A DNA stretch of 64,000 nt, from positions 25,778,225-25,842,224 of the forward strand of contig CM120640.1 of assembly GCA_051362555.1 (NCBI GenBank), written 5' to 3'. The stretch's first letter is position 1. Each line of letters begins with the position of its first letter. The position numbers and the translations under genes are program-made. This document shows, in pieces, positions 36,454 to 51,313 of this stretch. The notes under the pieces were generated by a model. The model searched no databases. It was not told the origin of the DNA and was given only the letters and a program-made list of their open reading frames with translations. This DNA comes from Lingula anatina (Eukaryota > Animalia > Brachiopoda).

Positions 36454-37448
36454 TGTGTGTGTGTGAAATTTGCATTTTTTACACAGCATTTTTATTGGTT
36501 TTTAAATCCCATGGAACTGAATCACTTGCTAGTTTTTCAATGTCCATGTTACCTGTAGTATGTAAGGTAAGAGGGCGAGAGTGATTATGCCATTTTTGAG
36601 CTTTATGTAACAGTGGATCAAAATTGGCCAAAACGTGTGCCTTTTTCTGCATAATATACGTATGTTTGCCAGCTTTGCTGTCTAGTTACCTTTTACAAAT
36701 AAAATTTCTTTCAGGGCAGTGTGAACATAAACAGGCATTTTTTTGCTATAATAGATATGTATGTGTGCATGCTGTGCGATATATAATAAACAACTCCTTT
36801 GAAACTCCAGAAAAATGTTGTTTATTTATCTTCTGGGTATACTGTAAATACTGTGGATGCTTGAAAGTTTAAGCCTATTTGTGCCCTACTCTCTTAATTC
36901 ACTCAACTGAAATTGGCATCTACATCCAAGCCTTAATGGTTGACTGTTCAACTGGTCACTTATAAGTACATGCAAACTACTAATGCAGTAACCATATGGT
37001 CAAATAATATGTAAACCTACTTTTTAAAAATAATAAATAAACCTACTTTTTATAATAAATATATTGGTGCTATATCTATTTTTTTACAGGTTTTAGCATG
37101 TATCACAACTTGACATACCCTCTTACATGCCAGACTATTGTGGGTGATGGGAGGAGGTTCAGTTTTTTTGCATACCAGCTGAACACCCTTGAGCAATGGA
37201 AGTCTGATGAGGTTATTCCCCAAAGGAATATCTGTTGGGCTCTCGATGACCTCGCCCTATATGACACTGTGGAAGATGGAGAAGTCAAAGGATTCAATGA
37301 CGAGGTTTTGAAAACATTGATAAAATGTTTTCTTATTGAGCCAGAAGAAAGGGAATTTAATCTGAGGCCTTATCTGCCAGAAGATTATGAGGCTCCTGTT
37401 AACAAAAAAGAGTACATTGCAGAAGAAGTGAAGCATGGCAGAAATTAA
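34061..37448 (+). CDS. MRPS30: Mitochondrial ribosomal protein mL65/MRPS30. Exons 34061-34942, 35525-35633, 35840-36007, 37090-37448
   Basis: Basic N-terminal presequence, YPPI, FFQYITKTHL and DGRRFSFFAYQLNTL...RNICW...LY motifs (PDCD9 family). Confidence 0.85.
36119..36405 (+). repeat. Diverged two-copy ~160-bp direct repeat in MRPS30 intron 3, followed by poly(T)/(GT)n
   Basis: GCCCCATAACT...ATTTTTGTTTTAC...AATTTACTGAGTGGCTTTGTTTGG occurs at ~36120 and ~36280. Confidence 0.85.
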
Positions 37449-37997
37449 AAATCTCAAGAAGATTCTTAGTATGTTACAAGAACATAAAAAGGGTTGTGTT
37501 TTGAGACCAATTGCATGCAGCCTGAACAAGGTGCAGTTAAACTTGGCTATGGGTGAGCTGCAGTGGTTTTCATTAAGAAGTGTTTTAATGGCATTTTCTT
37601 TTCTTTATTAATTGTGGCACCCAAGGAAAACAAATAAATTATAATTTAATATGAAATATTGGTAAGCAATATTGGTTTATTTACATTATGTACAAGGTTG
37701 TTTACAAATTAATTTTGTAATGAACACATAAAATACAATGATTGTACAGTAATCATTTTCAACAATAAATTAAGTGGACGGAAAAGCGGAAAAATATAAT
37801 CAGAAACTATTATAGTAGTTTTCAAATAAATGTTAAAATGAGCATTGTTTGAAAGTGAAGTGTTTTTATATGTGCTTTAATTTATTGTTAAAGGCATCCG
37901 TTTGCAAATTGTACTATTGTAAGAGTCTTAATGTGTGAATGGTACAATAGCACTGTTCATTTGGTTTATAGAGAATTCAATACAGCATGTGTGTGCG

Positions 37998-40900
37998 TCA
38001 TGTCTGCTGTGGCAATATTGGCTCTAGCTGTGTCATCCTTAGGCCGACTGCATCTCTGTACATCTGTTCTTGTTCCAGTGCCTGCTGTCTCCTCTCCTCC
38101 TGTAACCAGTACAACATCTCTATTCTGTCCCATTTCAGCTTTTCTAGATATGGACGGCCCTGGAATATCAAAATACATCTGTTAATGTGTTCCTGCACAG
38201 GTATATGCTGTTTGTGTTAAATTTTTAGCTATCTAGCTGTGATGAGTTTCCCTTAATTTTACTATATGAAAACAAGATGCCTTTGGCAAAATATTAAAGA
38301 TGCCTGTTATTACTCTCAACAAACATAGTACATCTTTTCCATGTGATTTCTTTTCTGCTCTCAGCTTCAGATGTCAGCACAAGAACTACAAATATTGCTT
38401 CTATCTTGAAATCTGGCTCCCATGAATAATCCCTTTGTAAGAAATACATAGCTAGACTAAGACTGCATTCCCATAGATTTAGATCAATCCATCTAGATCA
38501 ACCTAACTCCCTGGGGGTTCTCGCTAAATTGCTGTCAGCCGAGCACGCACGGTAGTTAATTACCCCCTTACAGCTTTAAGTAGGCGGGACAGACACTTAA
38601 GCCAGCTAAGCTGACAGTAATCTAGTGAGACTCCCCACAGGGATAGATCGATCTAAAATCTGTGGGAATGGGGTCTAAATATCGTATTATTAGATTGTTA
38701 ACTTGTATGAAATACCCATGAAAAAACTTGAATAAAGAACTTTGTTTAAAAATCTGCAAACTAAAAAGAAATCATAAATTCAAATTCTAATGGAACAATC
38801 TGAGAAAATGCAGATATATGATCTTTTCAACTGTTACAGATATCTTGAAAACCTGTAGATATATGGTGTGTACACAAGTGGGTTGCCATCGACTGGTAAT
38901 TGCAAATAAAGACCTAGCATTCACAGCTTCAGCAAATGAGTGGCAGTCTTGCCACTATGGTGACAAAGTTAGAACAGATGGGTACCTTTTAGGTTCAATA
39001 TAAGTCGGAGTTTTAACCAAAACATAGTCCTGCCAATCCTAAATATCATATGCACTAATGTAGAGCTGATTAGGGTATTCTTTTATGAACCACCTGGAAA
39101 TTTCTCTTACCGCATATGTTATGACATCCTGGTACTTGTCTCTTACATTCAACACTGCCTTCTTCACTAAAGAATCCAGTTCTTCAATTTTCTAAAAAAA
39201 ATAATAATGGTAACAATAATTAAATAAATATAAATACAAATTAACATGGAAAATTTCCTTTGACTGTAGCTAGTTATAAATTAAAATGGAGTAGCAGCGT
39301 TTTAACACCACAAACCAATTACCAGCTTTTTAAAAAAACTATTTTAAATGCCAGTGTTGCTGCTGTAAAGTCCTGTTAGAATTTTTTTTATTAAACTTGC
39401 ATGAAACTCTGTGATCACCCCTACCTTATAAAGATAGCTCCTTTGTTTTGCCTCACCTAATCTAGCCACTGAAGAACCTCTGTAACCTGTAATTAATGGA
39501 GCAGAAGTTGAAAAACTATTTGTTACCTGTAATAACATATGGAAAGCAAACTGGTTCATTTATGAAGCACTTATCGTAAAAATGGCTTTATACATGTGGT
39601 CATAATATCTTCCCAAATTATCTTTTTCATTTACTTAAAACTAGTATAAAGCTCTAGTTTAGCCAAAATGTCAGATAAATTATAACAACCATCAAATAAA
39701 ACTGCTCACCTTTTTCAAAGAACCTGTTTGGGTCTGAGGCTAACCTCTCAAACTTTTCCAATTTTGCTATAAATCCTTCTCTTAACAAGATAAGGTCTGT
39801 TGACTTTTCCCAGGCTTCAATTGACTGCAAAATATAATATTACCATTAATCTAAAAAACAATACAGCAGTAATATGATCACATCTTCAAATTGCAGTAAA
39901 TAAAAAAGATTATACATGCTTATGTTACACATAAGAAAATGTAGATGTGCACAGTTATGTTTTAAACATGGGCATGGGCAATAGAGCTCAAGTGCATTCT
40001 GATCATACCTCTTCAAGTAATCCTATGTATTCCTCTGAACTGTACTTGATAGCCATGTCCAGCTTCTTGTTGTCTGGCATTTTCAGTGCAGTCCACACAC
40101 GCTCCAGGCGGTCCTGGGGGGTGCCCACTGTGGAGGGAGGGACGCCAGAGGCAGGAGTCTTCTATAAACAAATGATGTGTACAGCTGTATTAGTTATTTC
40201 AAAGTGCATGAAATTAATATATTTGAATTTTTTAATTATGGCATTAATTGTTCCCACCTCATTAAATAATTTACAAATCAAATTGTGTAAGTTTCTGTGA
40301 AATGCAACAAGTTCACATCTGATTAAGCTGATTATTTACTCCATTCAATAGAAAAGGGTGAGTGTTTTTTTTTTTCAGCATCATTAATATACTTAAAGAC
40401 TGACCAAAGTGGCACTTTCCCTGAAATATTTTAGTTTTTTAAGAAGCATTAAATAGTTTTATCTTACCATTCCAGTTACACTACTTTTCACAGTTTCTCC
40501 TCCTCTTGATTGTGTTGCTAATCTGGACGCTCCTCTGTCACTCAGTCTAAAATAAATTTATAAGCAAAAGTTATCAAAAATCTGCTTAAACCAAAAAATT
40601 TACTTGATTCATGATAAAAGATATCATAAGAAACCATGTATATAATGATAAAATATAATACAGTTCTTTATGGCCTTAGTAGTCTCATAGTCTCAGCCAA
40701 GTACTTTTTAGGCTACTTGCCCTTTGGGCTATTAGGGCTAGGATATGTAATTTAGTGTAAGCTTTTCTAGAGCTTAACAATGCAGACTGCCACAGCACAC
40801 TACATTTGGTGCTTTGTTGTGGATCTTTTTACCAAGAATATTATCAACATATCTCCATTTTATGAAAGCCCTATACCTATCTAGATGTATGAAATTAATT

Positions 40901-43900
40901 TTTCATATAAAACAAAATATGTAAATTTATTTTGTAATACCTAGATTTATCTCTGGGAGGCTGATCTAATGAGTCTTGGGAAACTTCTTTAGATTTCTTT
41001 GAAATCAAGGAGATTGATTTCTTGGGTTTCTCTACTGTTTCTTCTGCAGGCTTCTCCTTTTCTTTTTCTTCCTCTGTAATGAGTTAAAATAATATTATAA
41101 ATTTTCAGTAAATATAAACATTCCATTGAAAAAACTAAAGTTTGACATGTCTTTTCTCCTATTCTCATGATAACTTGTGAGAGATACATGCTAAGTCCCC
41201 TTTCTACAAGTAGCAAATGTGCCTGTATCAGTTTCCAGTCTCTTACCTTCCAACTCAGGATCCCGCCCAAGTCCTCCTAACATTATGGTGTTTACATTCC
41301 ACATTCCTGGTTGAAATTCTGTCTTTTGTACTCTCATCTCTTTTATCTTTTCCTCTCTTGCTCTAAAAAGGTTATCAATTATAATGGGTTGTCAGTAAAG
41401 TTCAATACTGTGGGATAAACTGATTTCTATCAAATATGAATAATATACAAAAATGGGGGGAGGGGGGGGGGGCAGCTAACCATCAACATAGAAAAGAAAA
41501 CCTCTAAGACATTTTTATCTTTTGGGGCAAGTCTTTACCTTTTTGCTGCTTCCTTAGCTTCTTTAGACTTAAGCCTTGCAGTCTCATCTTCATCACCTTC
41601 ATCATCAGAGTTGTAAAAATGACAAATGACTCCCATATAATCAGATTCCTATAATAAATAAATAACATTTTAAAAAAAGGTGAAAAGAGTGTGTTGGTAA
41701 ATCAATACAGTTTTTATGAATCATTGAATAAAATTTATATATATCATTATGAAACAGCTGAAACTATAAAAATATTTGTCGTATAAAATGTCTGAAAATT
41801 TAATCCCAGTCTAAACAAAAACAAATTTATAACTCCCAAACCTACATATTTTAAGAATAGCAACTAACCTGAGTTGACAAGTACTTCATGTAATCATCAG
41901 TATTAATGGTACTTTTCCACCACTGTAGCCAGGAGGCATAGGACCTGGACATTCTCTCCATCACAGCAGCAGGCATGTCCTGGACAGGTGCCCTGTAGGA
42001 GTCATCTCCCAAACCCCCTAGATCCATACCAAGACCCTCAAATAAGTGGGCCCCAGGTCTGGGGGGACCAGCAAGATTGGCCTTACTGGGAACCTGGAAC
42101 AGTTTTAAAAAACATTTTGAAAGACTCCCCAGAAAGTTGAAAATCCTTTATTATTCAAATAAGACTTTTGGCATTAACTGTATTTGGTCTTAAGAAACAG
42201 TTGACTGAATTTTTTAGGCTCCATATTTGTAATTATGTTGGGTTGATCTAAACCCATGGTCTTTGATTCAGACTTACTGTTGGATCAAAGTAAGTGTTTC
42301 CTTTGGTATCTGTAGGTGGTGTTGTTGGCCTGTAAGATTAAAAAACAACAGTCAAAATCTTCAATGTATGCATTGCAACAATAAATTGGAATATCCATAA
42401 TCGTCAAAGATAACAGATCTGTATTTTGTTTATTTAAACTGTTAATTTTCAAAAACCTAATTATATTCAATCTGACATATTTCACATCACAACATTTACT
42501 AAATTAACTAGTGAGAAGCCAAATTGGTTCATCTTATCTGCAAAATACATCTACCTCTTCTAGCAAACAAGCCAATTATAAACATCTAAATTACTTGTTT
42601 TACTTTGCAGCTAGATTTTTTGCTCTCAAAAAGCATATTTTAGAAGGTCAGATGCATCTAAAATATTATAAATTTAACTTCTACAATTTTAGATAATTAT
42701 TTAAAAATAGTTCAGTATATTTTGGAAAGGGTACATAGAGAAGTCAGATTAGAATAAAAAAAACAATGGTAAAAGTAACATGCATATGAGTAAAATAATC
42801 AAGTCAAGTCAAAAATAATTATGCAAAAATACATGGTTTAAACAATAATGGGATGGGTACTACCTGTACAGAGAATATAGAACTAGTGACCACAGAATAT
42901 ACAAAAAGAATTATGGGTATGTATATTTATATCAAAAGGGAAATGATGCAGTGTATATACAATTTAGATATAATTCAACTTATAGATAAAACAGTTTCAG
43001 TACACCACAGGACACCCTAGCTGGACAAATTAACCAGTTTAAAGTTTAAAGTACCCGATATATATATAGATTTAGAAAAAGAAGAGAACAATCATGCAAT
43101 TTTTAAAAACAAATCAATGCTAACCTGCAAATTAAAAGAAGCAAAAATTCTGAGCCAAAGAAAAGTCAACATGCAAATGAGCCTCTTGGCTAAATGCACG
43201 ATAACATGCCGCATGCATACAAAAAGACAGAATGAATAGCAAAGACCAAAGAACATGCTGTTATTTATGCCTCAATGACCCACCTTTGACTGTACATGGT
43301 ATAAAGAAAGACAAGATCACAAATTAGTACAAATATCAACCCTTTTACATAATCATTGCTACATACAACTAGAAGTACAACTGCTCAGAAGGCCAAATTT
43401 ACAAATATGCTACCAGCAAACAGGACAGTACACAACATATACCATTTACACATAACAAGTAAAATAATGATATGCAACAACATTATGCAGCAACAGGCTT
43501 TACTTAAGAATAAAAAGGATTTGCATCTCAAGCTGAATACGATATTTTGTGCTTACAAATGTCACTACAATAAAGTGTAACTTCAGACATGATAACAGCT
43601 TATGTTAACAGGCAAGATGACAACACCTACTGAAAAAGGGCTCAAAATGCATTACATGTTACTCACGTTTTAGCCCATTCCCTAACATCCAGTTCTCCCC
43701 ATGGAGGTTCTTGTCTGCTTCTTAACTCAGAGTTTATAATCCTCTCATTTTTCTTCTTAGATAAAGTACTAGATGCCAGCACTGAGGACAGGTTAACTGA
43801 GTCAGCAGAGGGCACCACTAATTCATCCTGAAATGGTGGGAAAAAATTCAAGCTGACAAACATGTATTGCCTAAAAAGGTCTGAAAGGAGACTGCACATA

Positions 43901-46900
43901 TGGAATTTCTTTTATATATTCTAATTGCAAAACGAGATAACAGTTTATCAATGAAAAATTAATATATATTCCATCTTATATATTTACAGACCAATATTTG
44001 CATTCATGAAAATCTAAGATTTATAATATGTTAAGGATTCACACATATTCCAGTAATATACCTGTTCAACATCTAAGTGAGTGGACGGCACTGTCTTCAT
44101 TATTTCACGATATACTTCCTTGATCTCTTCACCAAGGAATAAGTTTTTGTCCAAGTTTTTCACAGTTGCCTGATCAATCTGATGAAAGAGACAATAACTA
44201 AATGTGTCACTTTTTTTTTTCAGATAGATATTGCAAAGCTATGGAAATTATAACAATTCACTAGTAACTTAGAAACAGTTTATTAAATCAACATGTGCTA
44301 GATAAATACTGCTTCAATGATCTTATGTACAAGTCACTATTTAGTTATATTTAGTATATGTAGTCCCCAACCTAAAAAGGCATTAAAGTAAGTTCATGGA
44401 ACCGTCCATACCTCATCAGTCAGGTCATTGTAGACAGGATTATGTTTCTGGAGGGTAATGGAGGTCATGCAAACTCTCTCAGACACTCTGACATCTGATG
44501 TCCGCACAACCATCTGTAATATTCAATGCATTGAAGAAAGGTTCATCTGTCTTATAAAATTATTTCATTACATGTTTGATCAGATGTAAAACATTGTACT
44601 GGTGTGCACTAGTTTGCCTGATTGTGGGTTTTATTGTGTAAAACAGCTGGAAATTGAAAACAGACAAAACTGCATGCTACATACTGGGACACCATTCAGC
44701 ATTTTGCACACCATAAAGAAATTACTATTTAAACAGTATTATTTATTTAAGCATTTATTTCTGATAGTTTTTTAAAATGTTTATCTATCTTCTATCAAAT
44801 GTCTGAAGCTCAATGCTGACTGCAAACCTTCCAACTTCACATTTCTCCACATGGGCCAGATACTTACTTTATTGGGTAATTTAGATGAAACTGTAGCTGG
44901 CTGTGGATGTGTGGGCTCTTGTAAAGGAACACTGAATAAAACAACACACAGTGCAGTGCAAGTAATTTGTGACATCTCATCAATATAAAAATTATAAAGA
45001 TTTTTCAACCTCACAAACATAACATGCACATGCATCACATTAATAATCTAATGTTAACTTTGCACTTTCTGTGCTACATACATGTATGTCAACCAAACCA
45101 CAAATTCTCTCAATGCTTAATAATGCATGAATGAAAACAACTGAATACAAAAGGAGTATGAAACATAATTACAGTATCCAAATAATCAAGATGTACTGGT
45201 GAAAGATATCTGTGACATAAAGCTTTGGCTTTAACAATTATATTCAAACAAGCATATATTACAAATGCAAATCTGTGTGCATGAAAAATATTTTGTAAAC
45301 ATGCATCAGGTAATAAACAAATTAAAAATGCATAAATACATTTATACATATATTCCTTGCAATAATAAATAAACTTTAAATCTTACTTGTCTTTTTCCTT
45401 TTCAATTTGTTGTTTTTCTTCCAATTGCTTCAATTGCCTATCTAAAATAGCTTTCTTGCCATCATGTTTTGCAGGCCTTAAGAGAGCCTAGAAAGAAAAC
45501 ATAATTTTATTATGTAATTATAATTTGCAGTACAATTACAGGACTTAAGAAAATGCCTATAACATGATTGTAATGAACTAATAGCAGTGTACCTGTAGTA
45601 ATGGAGGCAAGGCATCAGCATCCTCAGGTTCCTGTGCTGTTTGCCTTTGAACCAGTTTCTCAAGATCATTTCGAAGAAACTGCCGCGTGCAAGGGCGTGT
45701 TGTCTCCTTCTTTTCTGAAATCTAATGGACACAAACATTAAAGAATTTATCTCCACACTTGTCTTCATCTTGCTTTTTTTACTAAAAAGTTTATGTATTT
45801 GTAGGGAGGCATTAAAATTCAAGCCAATCAAATTTTGTGGGAATTAAGCATACAATATTTCTAGGCATGATATTTTACTTCAGATCCAACTTTAAACAGC
45901 ATAATTCAAGCTGCCCCCTATTTCTTTAAAATTAGTCTTGAACTTCATATCTGATTATAATATTGTATGTGTATAATTAAAATTCTTAAAGCATAGTTAA
46001 GTTTATCTGCCATATCTGAATACCAAATGATATTTTACTTAGAAAATAATAATGATGTTACTTTTTTTGCACTTACAATAGATTTTCCAGAAATAGATCG
46101 CATTTCTAGGGCTGCCTCAGCTTTATCTGTCACAGTACTTCTAGTTTCATCTAAATTTATCCCCAGCTCCTCCAGTAATGTCTCACCCATTCCTGGGAGC
46201 CGCTGAAGGGAATGTGATCTCTGAAATGAAGTAAATAATATGTGATCTCTGAAATGAAGTAAATGAAATGTAAATCAATGAAGAGCACAATGTGAACCTT
46301 CATGCTATACCATCAATAACATGTAATGTACATCACATCTGCTTGAGTCAGAGTTCATTTACTGAGCACATGCTTTCAACTGAAGCTCAACAGAACAAAA
46401 GTGCTTATAGTTTTTCATAACACTTACCTTTAAAAGCACCTTTTGTATACTAGCAGCATCTGGATTTCTGAAAAAAATCATTTCATTATTATCTTGAATT
46501 TAAATTAACGCTGCTATATCAAGCCTCTGAATTTGTAAATTTGTCCAGATAGTACTTCACTGTGTATGTTTTTCTTAACTTTTTAGGAATATTGATTTAC
46601 ACACTTGAACTTGAGAAAGATATCTATGTTAAGTAATTCAAATTTGAAATACCCAGTATATCTATCAAAAATATCTATTGTTTTTTTTTCTCACTCTTTT
46701 TGTACAGCAGTTGTTTTCTTGGCAGATCTAGTCATGTCATCTGATACTGGGGTTGCCATACTCCTCTCAGGAATGTCAGCGAGAATTGAAAACAGCTTGG
46801 AAGTATCAAGGATGGGCATTCTGGACTGAATCTGAAAACGTACACATGAACTGTACTGACCTTTTATTAATGAGGCACAGAAAACACAATTCCATTTAAA

Positions 46901-49900
46901 TATAAATTACTACCACTGATCACTATATGACCAAACATGATTATACATTCAATTTGCAAAATAGTGTGTAAATACAAAGATATCATTATTATGGTTGAAA
47001 CTTTAAAATTTTATAATTAAAAAAATTCTAATGTTTCTCCTTTCAATAGAGATTGGCATTATTATTTGTAAAGAAGAAATTTAAAGCCCATACCTCTTCC
47101 AAATCTTCACCAACTGTTGTGAATCTATGCTTCTGAATTTTACTTTTGGGTCGACTACTCTCAATCTGAAATTCCAGTTTTAACCTATTTTATTCAAATT
47201 TCATTCATCCTGAGAAATTATTTTTTCTTCTTTCTGCCTAAAGAGATGGGCAATCCCATTTTGAATAAAAAACTTTTGGAACAAATAAAAGAATCATTTT
47301 AAAAATTAATATCTTATTGTTCAATATGTTTAGATTAGTAGCTGTTCATTAAAGTTTTAAAATTTACAGTGCTCTGGTACTTATATGAATCTTCATATCA
47401 ATGTTTTTTTTTTGTATCTACACATGTTTTTCAAAAATGTAAATGCCCACGTGTTAGGATCACTTCTAATATATCCACCTAAACCCCTATAATACTATAA
47501 CCAAAAATATTATAAGAGTACTTAAATATGTTTGAAGTGAAATCAGCCTCCTACAACAAAACTGTTCTACAATTTGTCATAAAACAATTCTGCTTAAGTA
47601 GCATATACATACATATAACTCCAAAGAATGTATATACTAATTGATGATAAACTATTAATTCATGGTCTTAAAGTATGAATCTGCCAAATAGTGAGCTAGT
47701 ATCAGTATCAGTGAAATTGTGACAATTCTACCCCTTTGGCAGTAACTGACATGTTTTGATCATGCTGCCAATACTGAACAAGTATACACTAACTGTTGTG
47801 ATATGACAGGTGAAACCTACATACTGTATATATTTACAACTTACTCTACCATCTCTACAGTAAAACTAATTTAAAAAGCAAGAAATAATGTGACAGGTTT
47901 ATAAAATATGTCTAAAAGCAGATGCTATTTTTACTATCATGGCAAATAATTTTAGTGTGGGATACCATTTTCCTCTATTTGCAAAAAATAAAAGTTTTTA
48001 AAAACTATCAAACTATATATACCACTATTGGGGTAAAGAGAAATCAACAGGTCCTAGCTAGCCCTATATTACAATGTTTTCTTCTATAAAAAAAACATTC
48101 ATAATTTGACCCTGTTCTATAATAAGCATTAAAACACACCTTGCCAATAATTTTAAAATGAAATAAATAGTAACACCAGGCTTCATGCAAGCACATTTAT
48201 AATGGTATTTCTACTGCAATAATATCAAAGTTAACTGAAAAGTCTTCCAAAGCTAAAAAAGTTCCCTGAAACATGAATGGCAGTAGATGTGTCTGAAAAA
48301 GAATGTTCTATGAGATATTGTGAGTTTATCTAAAAGGCAGGTTAAGGTTTTGGATTAGTGCACAGGGTGACAACAGTCACAGGGTTTAGTCAACTCCACC
48401 AGATGGGTTAGTGAGCTGTGACACTTACCATTCCTGGAGGCAACTGTGCAAAATTAAACAACACTATTAACATTTCACAAACATGCAAACGTTTACAACA
48501 AACATATACAAATGTACACTGTACCATATATAACAAACAGATATAATTGTTAATGATTAACCACTGGACCAATTACCAATATTACAATTACTGACACCAC
48601 GTGCATTAGAAACATAAAGTGTGTAGTTTTATAACAGATTATCTGTTAAACTAAAAAAGATGAGAGTTTGGGAATATTAATGATCTCAAAGACATGAACA
48701 TTTTAGTTACAATGCCGATGTTCAGTTAAGAGAGAAAACAGTGAAATTGAGCAATATTTTCCAAAGGAACTTGGATTGTCTGTAAGGGTCTGTAATGCTG
48801 TACATTATACAACTTATATATGTTAGGAAAGACCTGAAAATAGTTTTTACCATCACTGGCTAACTCACATAACTGTACATTTCTTTCATAATTCAGCCTG
48901 GGCACTCTTCTGCCCCTGGTTTGCAGCACAGCACAGGATTCTTTCTCAACATTTCTTTTAGCACCAAAATTCAGTAATAATGAAAATTAGTGAAAAATCT
49001 AAAAACAACTTAAAGACATCCATTTATACAATACCGCCTTATATCACGTACATCAGAAAGGTAAACTTACCAGTCCTTTGAATGATATTTCTGGGACAGC
49101 TTCTTCTACCATGGACTCCTTTTTACTGGGATAGATGTACTCCTCAGATTCATCCTCTATATCTTCTGCTTGTCTTCTTAGATCTCCAACTATGTATCTT
49201 CTTATAGTGAGGATATTCAAACTGAAAATAAATGCCTCTGTAACATGCAAACTCTGACCATATTTTCATATTTTCAATACTTTTATGTTTTATCAGGTGA
49301 TAGTGGGTAAATATGCATCAGCATTTAAGTTTTTTCAAAAAATGATGAATTGTAAAATGCATAAATTCTTACTATTTGTCAGCATCCAAAGCAAGCTGTG
49401 CTTTGAGTCTACTCATGTTTGCAGGACCACTGAAGACACCCCTTTTGTTCAAAACTGGAAGAAAAAATGAAAGATTTAAATTATGCATGGAATTGACATA
49501 AATCACATGAATTTGATAAGTTAGATGAACTTTTTCCACACACACACACAAGCTAAAACCAACTGCACAAATCTGCTAAGAAATGTAGCATTATGAAAAA
49601 CATAACTACTGAGTACTCTTACTTTGTGCTTTTTCTAAAAAATGCTTGAACAATTTTTCACAGACAGTCACAATATGAACAGTGATTCTTCTCTGTAACT
49701 CTTTGTTTTGCTCTGGTGTCTGAAAAAATAAAATATTCTTAAATATTAATGTTAAAACAGATTTACATTTTTCTTCAAAATACAATTCCATTTATTTACT
49801 CATAAGTCACAAAAAATGATTACAAATCATCAAGAAATTTTACCAGTGTTTACTTAAATTGCTTGCTTCAAAGCCATTTTTACCAGAAATGGATCATCTA

Positions 49901-51313
49901 CTTGTCTCCTGATGTCTCTCCATATTCCATTTACCTCACCAACCAGAACACCAGCCTAGATAATAAGAAATCCTATTACTTTACTTAGAGTAAATATCAA
50001 TTCAACTATAAAGCACAATTCAGGTTATTTATACAAATGCATAATTTGAAGAAATTATGAAATATTTTTCAAGAGTTTTTATCTTTGCATGTTCAACCTT
50101 TTTACAAACCATACAAATATTATCATAGAAGAAAAAAAATTACATTGTCTCCGGTTTCAATCTTAAAGGTGTTTCCACAGAAATATATTGAAAGACAACA
50201 CCTACCAAACTTTGTTGTTCTTCTATGGTCAGATGCTGGACCTCTGGCTTAGCAGCCACCCTCCTACGAATGTATTTTCTTAAAACATTGAAATCAGATG
50301 GTGGGGCTTTGATTTCCTCCTGTAATTAAGGACAAATGTTTCATTGAAATGCTTTGTTTTGATTGAATTATTGTTTAAGTAACGATTATCTATACTAAAC
50401 ATACTTTATCAATCTCTTTTAACCAATCAAGTTCTATATTCTATATGTTTTAATGTAATACATTGATGATAATATGTATTCAAGCCGTCCAATTTTATAC
50501 ATATAAAAAATCTTCACATCAAAATAATTTTTTTTCACACATACTGTTACATTAATTGCTTTTATAAACACCATACATACATCAATGGGTGTAACTGGTC
50601 TTTCCATTTGTATTGTTTCTGGAGGGGGCTCTGGAACAAACATATTGCAAAAACCATTTATATCACTTTTGATTTATTGTTCAAGAACATATTTTGTAAC
50701 ACCTAATCATACCTCTGAACCAAAAAAAAAATGTTGATTACTGTAACACAATGTGTATTTATTTAAGATAAATGATTAACATAAATAATACTCCTATTTC
50801 TACTATTTCTACTACTACGTACTACTGAATTCCTACATTTCTACTAACCATCTTCATGTGGATAAGGCGCAAATATACTAAGAGGACCCATGACACCTTC
50901 ATAACGGTCTTTGATTTCCTCCTGAAATATATTAAAATAATACATATTGTTATGGTTTTTTTTATTGAAAATCAAAAATTAACTGACAAAAGAAAGAAAG
51001 AAAGAAAGAAAGTTTGTTCTGCTGGTATCAGTATTGTGGTACAGCCATTAATTGTTCTCCACTATTAAAAGTACAATACACTATGTTATAAAATGAAGGC
51101 ATTTTACTTATTAGGATATAAGCAATGACTTCAATAAAATCAATTTCTATTGTTATATTCCTTACATAAAACTAACATTTATATTACCTGTGTTACAGGG
51201 AAATTTGTCATTGGATAGGTATCATCTTCTCGCTTTTCCGAGGCAAATGGCTTCTTTTGTTTTGTGAATTGGAACTTCATTCCTGCACTTCGCGGAGTTT
51301 TAAGATTTGCCAT
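37998..51313 (-). CDS. CCDC87: CCDC87-like coiled-coil protein, about 28 coding exons (first 51313-51188, last 38159-37998), with a probable non-coding first exon near 51650-51760
   Basis: GVFSGPANMSRLKAQLALDADKFLN, QDRLERVWTALKMPDNKKLDMAIKYSS and GRPYLEKLKWDRIEMLYWLQEERR. Confidence 0.8.
38461..38675 (-). mobile_element. Tourist/PIF-Harbinger-like MITE, copy 2
   Basis: Reverse-complement homolog of copies 1 and 3; TAA on both flanks; clearest TIRs (GACTGCATTCCCATAGATTT / AAATCTGTGGGAATGGGGTC). Confidence 0.85.

Noticed and set aside
48726-48929. Minus-strand ORF as an extra CCDC87 exon
   Set aside because: No convincing in-phase acceptor/donor pair; the flanking exons join in frame without it
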